Origin: Vulcanimicrobiota bacterium
GTDB taxonomy: Bacteria; Vulcanimicrobiota; Vulcanimicrobiia; Vulcanimicrobiales; Vulcanimicrobiaceae
Reading direction: 5' to 3'
Length of the DNA: 64,000 nt
Assembly: GCA_963812155.1 (NCBI GenBank)
Contig: CAWETW010000001.1
Coordinates: 448,001-512,000 of the forward strand
Below, one piece after another: positions 53,189-61,574 of the stretch; the first letter of the stretch is position 1, and each line of letters opens with the position of its first letter. The notes below the pieces were generated by a model. The model saw only the letters and a program-made list of their open reading frames with translations, made no database searches and was not told the origin of the DNA. Position numbers and translations under genes: made by a program.

Positions 53189-54289
53189 TTAGTCGCCGTC
53201 GAAGGGACTATTGCTGCTGACGGCCGAGCCTACCGGAGACACGTAGGGTGCCGGATAGTTGAGCGTCGGCAGGCCGCCCGCCGGATAGGCGAAGCGATTG
53301 GCATTCTCAATATCCGCGTCCGGTCCAACCAGACCCGATCCCTTGATGAAGGCCTGAACGATGTCGCACTTATCGGACGACGTGCAAGCCGTAACCGTCG
53401 AGCCCATCACGTGACCGCGTGCATCGACCTGGTAGAACCTCGGAGCAGAGTACGTTGTTTGGTCGCCGACGTTCATCGCCTTCGTTTTCGCCGACCACTG
53501 AACCGTGCCCGGAAATTCGACTGATGCGCCGCGGATGCCAACGTTGAAGAATAGGCCGCCGCTATACTTGTCGTATTGAAAGATGTTTGACGAATCAAAA
53601 CCGTCGAAGTACAAAACCCCCGACGTGCCCCTGTAGCCGAGGAAGAGTACTCTGTTCATGTTCGGCACCAGGACCGGATGGCTCAGCGACGAGCCGTTCC
53701 AGAACGAGAGACTGCCAGGGCCGCTGGTGGTGTCGGCGACGTTCGAGATCGCAACGGTGCCCGAGACAGGATCCTGGGCGCATGCGACCGGGCGCTGACC
53801 CGGATCAGCGATCGTCTGGACGTACGCTCCACTATGGTTGTACTCATCCAGCGTCGACATATCAGCGTTCGCGAAGATCACGTCGCCGTTGGCGAGCGCG
53901 CATCCGCCCTGAACTAAAGCGAAGCCTTCCGGTGGCGGTGCGACTTGACCGAACGGCTCGCCCGAGCTGTAGTCGAACATGTAGATCGCACCGTCACCGT
54001 TCGAGCCGCCAAATTCGTCGCTTATGAAAAGCGTTTTCCTATGCGCGCAGCAGTTGGGCTTCACGATGTGCTCGTCCTTGATGGTCCGATGCAGGTTCGG
54101 TTTGACGCCGGGCGGAGTCAGCAGCGACTGAGAGGTATCCACTTTGCGATTGCCGCCCATCGTCTGACGAACGGAGTTGGTTCCCCCGCTAGGGGCAGTG
54201 AGCTGCGACGCGCCGCCGGTACAGCCGGTGAGAACAGCAACGGCCGCGGATATGCCAATGAGGTGCTTGATCGAGTTGGAGATCTCCAT
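53189..54289 (-). CDS. Secreted beta-propeller lipoprotein
   Basis: AGGAG SD; LTGC lipobox; LFISD, CA.DP.SG..AISN, FPGTVQW, YPAGG. Confidence 0.72.
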   Translation of the reverse strand: MEISNSIKHLIGISAAVAVLTGCTGGASQLTAPSGGTNSVRQTMGGNRKVDTSQSLLTPPGVKPNLHRTIKDEHIVKPNCCAHRKTLFISDEFGGSNGDGAIYMFDYSSGEPFGQVAPPPEGFALVQGGCALANGDVIFANADMSTLDEYNHSGAYVQTIADPGQRPVACAQDPVSGTVAISNVADTTSGPGSLSFWNGSSLSHPVLVPNMNRVLFLGYRGTSGVLYFDGFDSSNIFQYDKYSGGLFFNVGIRGASVEFPGTVQWSAKTKAMNVGDQTTYSAPRFYQVDARGHVMGSTVTACTSSDKCDIVQAFIKGSGLVGPDADIENANRFAYPAGGLPTLNYPAPYVSPVGSAVSSNSPFDGD

Positions 54290-54701
54290 CGATGAACTCT
54301 CCTTTCTCGCGAAAAGGTGACGAGTCTCGTTCGTTTTTCAAGAGGAGGCAAGGCGACCCTCCTCTACAGGTGGATACCTTCACTGCTCTTTCAGTGCTAA
54401 CGGGTGTTCCATAATTGTTGTGAATGGCGGTCCTGAAGATCGCGCGCACCGTTTTATTGCGCGAATCTCGAGCACTATAAGCACGAATGCGATCGCGATG
54501 ATTGGGAAGCGGTAGTGGCCGACGAATTCAACCGGCGCAGCCGTGACTGGTAAGGCCAACAAACCGACAATCGCTACTTAGATTCCGCGAGAAACCCGAT
54601 CAGCAATCGCCTTCTTCAAATTCTCGTACCGTCTCCCATGTTTCGCGTCACACCTCCGTCGCACAAATTGGTGACTTCGAGCTTAGAATGAGCACGAATT
54701 C

Positions 54702-54729
54702 TGGAGCGGGCGGCGGGAATCGAATCCGC
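54702..54729 (-). repeat. Duplicated 3' end of tRNA-Gly(TCC), att-like
   Basis: 27/28 identity to 56232-56259. Confidence 0.85.
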
Positions 54730-54903
54730 CCGTGCGAGATTTTTGCCTACAGGTCACGGTCCGTCGCAAAGGGTTGCGGGCCGTCGCGGACGGTTAAAAA
54801 CCCCGGTGAAATAAGACGTTTCGAATCGGTGTCCGGACGTGTCGGGCCGGTCGTCGCTAGTCGCCCTTCGTTGCCCAGGGTTGCCATGGATATTATGGGC
54901 GAA

Positions 54904-55052
54904 GGCAGGTCACGCTGACTTAGCTCCTAGGGATTCGACCTCGTGGGATAGATAGGCGGCCTGCCAGTGGCGTCTATAGAGATCGGACGGTATCGTGAGC
55001 GGCGCTATCGCGTATCAGCTCGAATGCACAAGGTCGATCCGAGATAGATGCC
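54904..55052 (+). ncRNA. Predicted IS110 bridge RNA (target-binding and donor-binding loops)
   Basis: Two stems with internal loops; ACGGTATC equals the element right end; GGGATAG is the reverse complement of core plus right flank CTATCCC. Confidence 0.82.
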
Positions 55053-55070
55053 GGCGTTGGAGGCGAGACA

Positions 55071-56027
55071 ATGACGTCATTCGTCGGGATCGACATCTCA
55101 AAAGAAACGTTTCACACATCGCTTCTCACCGACCGCGTTGAGGCAAAGAAGGCCTTTCCGAACTCGCCGAAGGGCTTCGCGCAGTTGCTGGCATGGTTGA
55201 GCAACCGTCGCATCGGTGATTCACACGTCTGCATGGAAGCGACCGGCGCCTATTGGGAACCGTTAGCGCTGTATCTTCACGAGCGTGGAATTCTCGTCAG
55301 TGTCATGAATCCGGCTCGCATCAAAGCCTTTGCTCAAAGCGAGCTGCTACGAACCAAAACGGATGCCGTCGACGCCGCCCTCATAGCGCGCTTCTGCAAG
55401 AGTCAGACGCCGGATCCGTGGATCCCACCACCGCCAGAAATCCGCATTTTACAGGCTCTTATGCGTCACTACGAGCACCTTAAGACCACTCGGGTGCAGC
55501 AATCCGTCTACGAGCAATCAACTGACGCAGCGGTTGTCAAGGCCTCGATCCGCGAGGTGATCGCGACGCTCGATGCGCAGATCGCGCAGGTCGAGCGCGA
55601 AATCCGCCAGCACTTCGATGACCATCCTGACCTGAAGCGTAAGCGAGATCTGCTGACGTCGGTTCCGGGAATCGGCGAAACAACCGCCGGTACTCTGTTG
55701 TCCGAGATTCCTCACTTGGATCGCTTTGAACCCGCCAAGGCGGTCGCCGCGTATGCCGGCTTGTCACCACGGCAGCGGTGTTCTGGCACGTCCATTCACG
55801 GCAAACCGCGCCTTTGCAAGACCGGGAACTCGCGCCTTCGCAAGGCGCTCTACATGCCGGCGATCGTTGCGCTTCGCTTCAATCCTCTGCTTCGAATCTT
55901 CGCGGAGCGCCTAGCCGCAGTTGGCAAACACAAGCGCCTGATCATCGGAGCCGTCATGCGCAAGCTGCTCGTCATGGCCTACGGGATTCTGCGGTCCGGG
56001 AAGCGTTTCGACGCCAATTACGCTTGA
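55071..56027 (+). CDS. IS110-family recombinase/transposase, intact
   Basis: GIDISK, MEATG, KTDAVDA (DEDD); SVPGIG, GL.P....SG, A.MRKL. Confidence 0.96.
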   Translation: MTSFVGIDISKETFHTSLLTDRVEAKKAFPNSPKGFAQLLAWLSNRRIGDSHVCMEATGAYWEPLALYLHERGILVSVMNPARIKAFAQSELLRTKTDAVDAALIARFCKSQTPDPWIPPPPEIRILQALMRHYEHLKTTRVQQSVYEQSTDAAVVKASIREVIATLDAQIAQVEREIRQHFDDHPDLKRKRDLLTSVPGIGETTAGTLLSEIPHLDRFEPAKAVAAYAGLSPRQRCSGTSIHGKPRLCKTGNSRLRKALYMPAIVALRFNPLLRIFAERLAAVGKHKRLIIGAVMRKLLVMAYGILRSGKRFDANYA

Positions 56028-56045
56028 CGCCCGAATACGGTATCT

Positions 56046-56110
56046 ATCCCGCAATGCTGCGGAGCCGCGGCATTTCTTGTATTTCTTGCCGCCCCCGTAG
56101 AGCACGGGGG
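56046..56110 (-). pseudogene. Degenerate SEC-C motif remnant
   Basis: G.GKKYKKC.G on the minus strand, abutting the IS110 right end. Confidence 0.5.
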
Positions 56111-56231
56111 CGCTACCGACTTACTTTGGAAGGTATTTAATCGAATCACCAGCGCGAGCCTGGCGTAATCGATTTCCGTCAGCCCATCCGTCACCCAAAT
56201 CGGGCTATCGGACGGAAATAAGCACAAACGT

Positions 56232-56305
56232 TGGAGCGGGCGGCGGGAATCGAACCCGCGACTCTTGCTTGGAAGGCAAGGGCATTACCACTATGCAACG
56301 CCCGC
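56232..56305 (-). tRNA. tRNA-Gly(TCC)
   Basis: GCGGGCG acceptor, CTTGC-CTTCCAA-GCAAG, U73, encoded CCA. Confidence 0.97.
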
Positions 56306-56313
56306 GGCGAACG

Positions 56314-56401
56314 TGGTGGGCAGGGCTGGATTCGAACCAGCGTAGCGCTTTCGCGCGCCAAGTTTACAGCCTGGTGCCATTAACCGCTCGGCCACCTACC
56401 C
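56314..56401 (-). tRNA. tRNA-Tyr(GTA)
   Basis: CCAGG-CTGTAAA-CTTGG, long variable arm, A73, encoded CCA. Confidence 0.97.
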
Positions 56402-56558
56402 AACAAATCGGCAGACCAGGGTACGATGCGACACGTTCGGAGTCCTCGGGCGCAAAGGGAGCGGGCGAGCTCTCACGCCGTCTTTCATCTTGGACTAACT
56501 TTTTTCGATTACCATCCGGGTAGCAGCTGCCGGTCGCCTGCGGCGAGGAGAAGGAGGA

Positions 56559-57329
56559 ATGGTCCGATCCCGAGTCTTCGCAATCGCGGCGGCCTGCGCT
56601 TTGGCGCTCGCCGGCTGCGGCGACGGCGCGTATTCCGGTCTTGCCGGGTCGGCCGGGGTCGAAACGGTCGGTGACGCAGCCGCGATCGTGGCGCACCGCC
56701 CCACGGGCTCCCAGTATGCCGCCACGGCGATCGATGCGGTCGATACGTTCGGCGCGGCGCTGGGCGGCGTCGTGGCTCTCGAAAACCTTCAGCGCGGCGG
56801 CGGACACGGCGCCGTCTTCTGCCGGACATTTGCCGGATTCGGCGGTGAGTGGGTCCCGGCGCTCGACATGACGCTTGGATGGCAGGGCGCCACCAGCGGC
56901 ATCGCTGCTCCCCTTCGCCGGCCCGGCGCACCGCTTGCCGTGAACGCGATTGCCGCCGGCACCGCTTTCGTGGGACCGGACGGCTCGATCGAACCGCTCG
57001 ACGCGTGGTCGCGCGCGCAGTGCCCGAGCGCGACGCCGACCTTCGCCATCATCGGCAAGGCGCTGGTCATGCCGTTCAAGATTCCGTTCCGCATTGGCTA
57101 CCGCAATGGCCGCCTGTCGAGCGTCAGTGTCTCGCATGCAACCTTTGGAGAGTATTCGATCGCGCTCACGACCATGCACGTCGCGCGGACGCTACGCATC
57201 GAGGGCGTGATCGATGACGGCCACACGAGAATCGCCGATCTGCGTACCGACGCGCTCGGCAGCGGAAATCTCACCATCACCTCGACCGGCGCGCAATACC
57301 GGCTCGTCGGGTGGGCGGTCGTCGGCTAG
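56559..57329 (+). CDS. Hypothetical lipoprotein
   Basis: LAGC lipobox, beta-rich; purine-rich SD. Confidence 0.6.
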   Translation: MVRSRVFAIAAACALALAGCGDGAYSGLAGSAGVETVGDAAAIVAHRPTGSQYAATAIDAVDTFGAALGGVVALENLQRGGGHGAVFCRTFAGFGGEWVPALDMTLGWQGATSGIAAPLRRPGAPLAVNAIAAGTAFVGPDGSIEPLDAWSRAQCPSATPTFAIIGKALVMPFKIPFRIGYRNGRLSSVSVSHATFGEYSIALTTMHVARTLRIEGVIDDGHTRIADLRTDALGSGNLTITSTGAQYRLVGWAVVG

Positions 57330-57397
57330 CGCCTTCAAGGGCTGCGCAACGCCGCGTTGAAAGCACAGCGGTCGCGCCGCTGACGGCGCACGGTCGC

Positions 57398-57479
57398 GCC
57401 GACGTGGCCGAGCGGTTGAAGGCACGTGATTTGTAATCACGTCCGAAAGGCATCGCCGGTTCGAATCCGGCCGTCGGCT
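57398..57479 (+). tRNA. tRNA-Thr(TGT) with 13-nt variable arm; CCA not encoded
   Basis: GCCGACG/CGTCGGC, CGTGA-TTTGTAA-TCACG, TCCGAAAGGCATC, GCCGG-TTCGAAT-CCGGC. Confidence 0.88.
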
Positions 57480-57505
57480 TACACACCACCTGCTTCCGGA
57501 AACGC

Positions 57506-57841
57506 ATGCAAGACGTCTCACCCAAATGGCTCGCCAAAGGACTCGTTCTGGTTTGCGAGCGTTGCTTCAAAGAACGCATCCCCGAAGAAGATCCGGACGT
57601 TGCCGCGCGCATCGGCGACTTCCATCTGCGCGACTGGCTGAAAGACCGACTCAAAGCCGACCAGCAGTGGGGAGCAATACGCGCCATCAATACGAGCTGT
57701 CTCGACGTCTGCGGCCGCGGTCGCGTCACCGTCGCCATTGAGCCAGAAGACGGCGAAACGCGCGTCTTCGTGCTCGATCCCATTGCCGACAAAGACGCGC
57801 TGTACGAAACGATTATAGACTTACTTCAAGCGAAGCCTTGA
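57506..57841 (+). CDS. Thioredoxin-like [2Fe-2S] ferredoxin-domain protein (tentative)
   Basis: LVCERC...TSCLDVC four-Cys pattern. Confidence 0.55.
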   Translation: MQDVSPKWLAKGLVLVCERCFKERIPEEDPDVAARIGDFHLRDWLKDRLKADQQWGAIRAINTSCLDVCGRGRVTVAIEPEDGETRVFVLDPIADKDALYETIIDLLQAKP

Positions 57842-57846
57842 GCGGC

Positions 57847-58494
57847 CTACTGGAATTCGAACTCGGCGAGATTCTTTTCGATCTTCCGCTTTACGCGCTG
57901 CAACGCGTTGTCGATCGATTTCACGTGGCGGCCGAGGTCGCGCGCCATCTCCTGGTAGCTCTTGCCTTCGAGATACGACTCGAGCACTTGCGATTCGAGC
58001 TCCGAGAGATTCTGGCGAATCCGCTGACGGATGTCGTCGGAAACTTCCTGCGTGACGACCAGTTCCTCGGGATCCGAGGTCTTCTGCGACGCCATGACGT
58101 CGAGCAGCGTCCGCTCGCTGTCCTCATCGTAAATCGGTTTGTTCAGCGAGATGTACTGGTTGAGCGGAATGTGCTTCTGACGAGTCGCCGTCTTGATCGC
58201 CGTGATGATCTGACGCGTGATGCACAGCTCGGCGAACGCGCGGAAGCTCGAAAGCTTGTCGGCCTTGAAGTCGCGCACGGCCTTATAGAGTCCGATCATC
58301 CCCTCTTGGATGATGTCCTCGCGATCGGCGCCGATAAGAAAGTAGCTCTTGGCCTTAATGCGGACGAAATTCTTGTACTTGTTGAGGAGGTATTCCATCG
58401 CCAGGTTGTCGCCCGTCTTGGCGATGGCTACGAGGTCTTCGTCGACCCGTTCGTGATACTCCAGACCATCCGTCGCGGGATGGGTCATTGCCAT
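57847..58494 (-). CDS. sigH: RNA polymerase sigma factor SigH (Firmicutes-type)
   Basis: YFLIGADREDIIQEGMIGLYKA, ELCITRQIITAIKTATRQKHIPLN, KSIDNALQRVKRK. Confidence 0.95.
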   Translation of the reverse strand: MAMTHPATDGLEYHERVDEDLVAIAKTGDNLAMEYLLNKYKNFVRIKAKSYFLIGADREDIIQEGMIGLYKAVRDFKADKLSSFRAFAELCITRQIITAIKTATRQKHIPLNQYISLNKPIYDEDSERTLLDVMASQKTSDPEELVVTQEVSDDIRQRIRQNLSELESQVLESYLEGKSYQEMARDLGRHVKSIDNALQRVKRKIEKNLAEFEFQ

Positions 58495-58569
58495 AGTCGC
58501 TGTCTGCCTTTGTGGGTCCGTGTGTCGCATGCGCAGGCCGGGGCCCATCGGGCGCGACACATCCACCTG

Positions 58570-58599
58570 AGTATAGGAAGGACGCCCCTCCACCGTCAA
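58570..58599 (-). promoter_or_regulatory. Sigma70-type promoter of sigH
   Basis: TTGACG, 18 bp, TATACT. Confidence 0.7.
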
Positions 58600-58603
58600 G
58601 GAC

Positions 58604-58645
58604 GTCCTTCGACTGCGGCGCTTCGCGCCTCCGCTCAGGATGACA
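58604..58645 (+). repeat. REP-like repeat copy
   Basis: GTCCTTCGACT-GC-GGCGC/GCGCC hairpin-TCCGCTCAGGATGACA, as at 4116. Confidence 0.78.
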
Positions 58646-58660
58646 GCGGGGGCGGCCCCG

Positions 58661-59203
58661 CTAGCGGAGGGCGGTGATGCCCACGACGGCGCCGCCCAGG
58701 ATGAGCAGCGCCGGGTTGATCTTCGTGCGGACCGTCACGAAGAAGACGGCGAGCGCCACGGCGAGCGTCACGAAACCCCGGAGCATCCCGTCTTTGAAGT
58801 TGATCGAACTGTGCCCGAAGGTGAGCAAGCCGGCGACCGCTAGCCCGATCGCCACCGGCCCGAGGCCGCGCTGGATCGAGTCGCGCCACGGCCAGTTCGC
58901 CAAGCGCACCCACACTCGCCCCACCACGAACGTAAGGATGCCGGTCGGCAAAAAAAACGCCACTGCGGCTACCACGGCGCCCGGAATGCCCGCCGTAAGT
59001 ACGCCTAACGCGGCAACCATCATCATGTTGGGCCCGGGTGACATCTGACCGATGCTATAGACGTGGACGAGTTGCGGGTCGCTCACCCAATGATGGACGT
59101 TAACAACGAGCGTCTTCATCTCCGGATAGGCGGCCATGCCGCCGCCCACGGTCAACAGCGACAGGTAGGCGAAGACGCCGGCTAACGAAGAGAGCTGATC
59201 CAT
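58661..59203 (-). CDS. Short-chain chromate transporter (CHR family), second subunit
   Basis: GGG, W, GQMSPGP, G..GA..A...F.LP. Confidence 0.88.
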   Translation of the reverse strand: MDQLSSLAGVFAYLSLLTVGGGMAAYPEMKTLVVNVHHWVSDPQLVHVYSIGQMSPGPNMMMVAALGVLTAGIPGAVVAAVAFFLPTGILTFVVGRVWVRLANWPWRDSIQRGLGPVAIGLAVAGLLTFGHSSINFKDGMLRGFVTLAVALAVFFVTVRTKINPALLILGGAVVGITALR

Positions 59204-59823
59204 TGTTCCGACTCGGCTTCCATCTCTTTCGGCTTCTCCGGTGGGCGCGGCCGATAGGTGAAGATGGCGACGGCGCCGACCGCGAGCAGCACCGCGGGCA
59301 CCGAAAACTTAAAGTGGTTCACGCCAAGGACGGCTGCCAGAATGAAAAACGCGTCGTAGAAGCCCTTGACTGATTTCTTGCCGATCTGATACCACGTCGC
59401 CGCGATCAATCCAACCGCCGCGGCCGCCACACCCGCCAACGCCGCCGTTACTAGCTGCCGTGAAGTGCCGTGTTGGTCACCGTAGGCGACCCCAACGGCG
59501 GTCATGAAGACGAACGCCGGCAAACACATGCCGAGCAGCGCCGCGATGGATCCGCCCGTGCCACCCAGACGGTCGCCGGCAAGAATCGACATGTTGGTTG
59601 CGTTCAAACCCGGCAGCGTGTTGCTAATCGACATGAGCTCGAGAAACTCGACGTCGTCGAGCCACTTCTTCTTCGCCACCAGCGCGCCGCGCAGATATGC
59701 CACGACGCCGCCGCCGAAACTCGTGGCGCCGATCAGCAAAAACGTCAGGAAAATATCGAGGACCGCGATTTTGCGAGAGGGCGCCGGCGGCGCGATCGCC
59801 GCCGGAATCGCGCTCTCACTCAT
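59182..59823 (-). CDS. Short-chain chromate transporter (CHR family), first subunit
   Basis: IGATSFGGG, KKWL...EF, LPG.NA. Confidence 0.9.
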   Translation of the reverse strand: MSESAIPAAIAPPAPSRKIAVLDIFLTFLLIGATSFGGGVVAYLRGALVAKKKWLDDVEFLELMSISNTLPGLNATNMSILAGDRLGGTGGSIAALLGMCLPAFVFMTAVGVAYGDQHGTSRQLVTAALAGVAAAAVGLIAATWYQIGKKSVKGFYDAFFILAAVLGVNHFKFSVPAVLLAVGAVAIFTYRPRPPEKPKEMEAESEQWISSLR

Positions 59824-60751
59824 GGCTTTGCGGCGGATTTCCCTTGAGGCGGTAGACGAGGCCGGTCTTCGTCGTTCCCAGATAGAGCCAGCCCGATGCG
59901 ATCATCTGCAGCTTGATGAAGAGTTCTTCAACGCGTTTTTTCACGATCTCGTGGACGTCGTCGGCCGTGTCGAAGCGCGTTTGATAGGCAAACTCTCCGC
60001 ACATCACCTTGTGATCGCCGAGGGAGCGCCACAACGAAATGTTCGATTTCGCGACCAAACCTTTTCCGAAGTCGATCGGTCCGAGATCCACCAGCACTTC
60101 TTCGACTAGCGTCGAGTTCACCAACTCTACGCGACCTTCCATATCGCCGATGAGCCCCGCCATCGCCGGTAAAGCTCTGGCGATGGTCTTAAGGTTCGTA
60201 CGGTCGCCGGCGTGCACCGAACTCACCGGAAAGATACAGTTGTGCGCGTATAGGAGCCGGTAACTGCCGACTTGATCCTTGAGCGGCAACGCTTCCATTT
60301 TGAACTTGATGCGATATGGGCCAGCGATATTGGGCCGCACGTCCACCGCTTTAGCTTTTTCCAAGTCGTCGCTGCGATACTTGAAGACGATCTCGGGATC
60401 GCCGATCGGAAAGCCGTCTTGGAATTCGGTGCGTCTGCGCAGGATGAACGAGTTGTTGTAGAGCCGGAAGTCGCCCGTGTCGACGAACATCACCTCGCGA
60501 ATGCGCGGACGCGCCTTCTCCAGCCTCGCCGGCGCGTACGAGACGCCGCGAACCTTACTGACCGCTTCCGCGACCAAATCGCTGAACATTCGAAAACCGC
60601 GCATCGAATCGAAAAAGTCGGGCTTGAGGATCAGCTTTGCGTCGAAAAACTGGACGCGGTCGGCGGCCTCGCCTTCCACGTAATGCGGTTTTGCGACGAT
60701 CTTCGTCTTACCGTTCCCGCCCACACCTTTGGGCTTTTCCTTGGTTTTCAT
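59816..60751 (-). CDS. Hypothetical protein, tentatively CYTH/triphosphate-tunnel fold
   Basis: DAKLILK (ExK-like), F.DT.D..L.....LR.R, FK.R, GEF, TKT. Confidence 0.55.
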   Translation of the reverse strand: MKTKEKPKGVGGNGKTKIVAKPHYVEGEAADRVQFFDAKLILKPDFFDSMRGFRMFSDLVAEAVSKVRGVSYAPARLEKARPRIREVMFVDTGDFRLYNNSFILRRRTEFQDGFPIGDPEIVFKYRSDDLEKAKAVDVRPNIAGPYRIKFKMEALPLKDQVGSYRLLYAHNCIFPVSSVHAGDRTNLKTIARALPAMAGLIGDMEGRVELVNSTLVEEVLVDLGPIDFGKGLVAKSNISLWRSLGDHKVMCGEFAYQTRFDTADDVHEIVKKRVEELFIKLQMIASGWLYLGTTKTGLVYRLKGNPPQSHE

Positions 60752-60794
60752 CGTTATTTTTTCTCCGTCAGGCAAGCGTACGAGAGCCCGCCGG

Positions 60795-61574
60795 TTAGTC
60801 CTGTCGGCGGCGCAACGCTTCATACATCAGCACGCCGGCTGCCACCGACGCGTTTAGCGAACCGATTTTGCCGTGCATCGGGATGCGCACGCAAAAGTCG
60901 CATTCGCGTTTGATCAGGGGCGCGAGGCCGGAGCCTTCAGCCCCGATCACGAGCGCCAAGTCCCGATCGAAGTCGGCCGCGGTCATGTCGGTCGCCGTGG
61001 GGCCGGAGTCGGCTCCAACCACCCAGATTCCGGCTTTTTTCATCGTCCGGATCGCATCGGCCAGATTGGCGACGCGCACGATGGGAACGTGCGCCGCGGC
61101 CCCGGCAGCCGCTTTGCGCACGGTCGCGTTGATGCCGGCGGAACGGCGGTCCGGGAGAACCACCGCGTCGGCGCCCGCGCATTCCGCGGTCCGAACGATC
61201 GCGCCGACGTTGTGCGGGTCGGTCAGATGATCGAGCAGCAGATAGAGCCGCTTGGTCCCCCGCGCCGGCGCCGACATCACGTCGTGCAGCGAGGCGTATG
61301 CAAACGGCGGACCGATGGCGACGACGCCTTGATGCGCTTTGAAGGGGAGCGCGGCGAAGAACGGACGCTGCTCGAAGCGAACGCGCACGCCCGCCTCTTC
61401 GGCACGGTGCAGGAGATCGCGCAACGCCGCGTCGCGCCGGCGATCCGACGCAACGTGAATCGCGCGCAGGCGTTCTCCCGCGCTGAGTGCTTCGATCGTC
61501 GCGTGAATACCGTAAACGACGTCATCGAAGTCGAGGGCCGGCGCGCGGGGTCTTACTCCGCGGCGACGCTCCAC
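60795..61574 (-). CDS. rlmB: 23S rRNA Gm2251 methyltransferase; start uncertain
   Basis: YG.H...EAL, HQGVVA, DPHNVGAIVRTA, IGAEGSGL, IPM.G...SLNASVA. Confidence 0.93.
   Translation of the reverse strand: MERRRGVRPRAPALDFDDVVYGIHATIEALSAGERLRAIHVASDRRRDAALRDLLHRAEEAGVRVRFEQRPFFAALPFKAHQGVVAIGPPFAYASLHDVMSAPARGTKRLYLLLDHLTDPHNVGAIVRTAECAGADAVVLPDRRSAGINATVRKAAAGAAAHVPIVRVANLADAIRTMKKAGIWVVGADSGPTATDMTAADFDRDLALVIGAEGSGLAPLIKRECDFCVRIPMHGKIGSLNASVAAGVLMYEALRRRQD

Larger units (their letters stand above)
54891..56045 (+). mobile_element. IS110-family element; left boundary uncertain
   Basis: TATTAT -10 at left, structured non-coding end, recombinase, right end TTGACG...ACGGTATCT. Confidence 0.85.

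Noticed and set aside
57432..57434. ACA codon reassignment
   Set aside because: The few ACA codons checked at conserved positions fit Thr; a genome-wide test is needed
57847..58494. sigH as evidence of sporulation
   Set aside because: SigH occurs in non-sporulating bacteria and no spo genes are present
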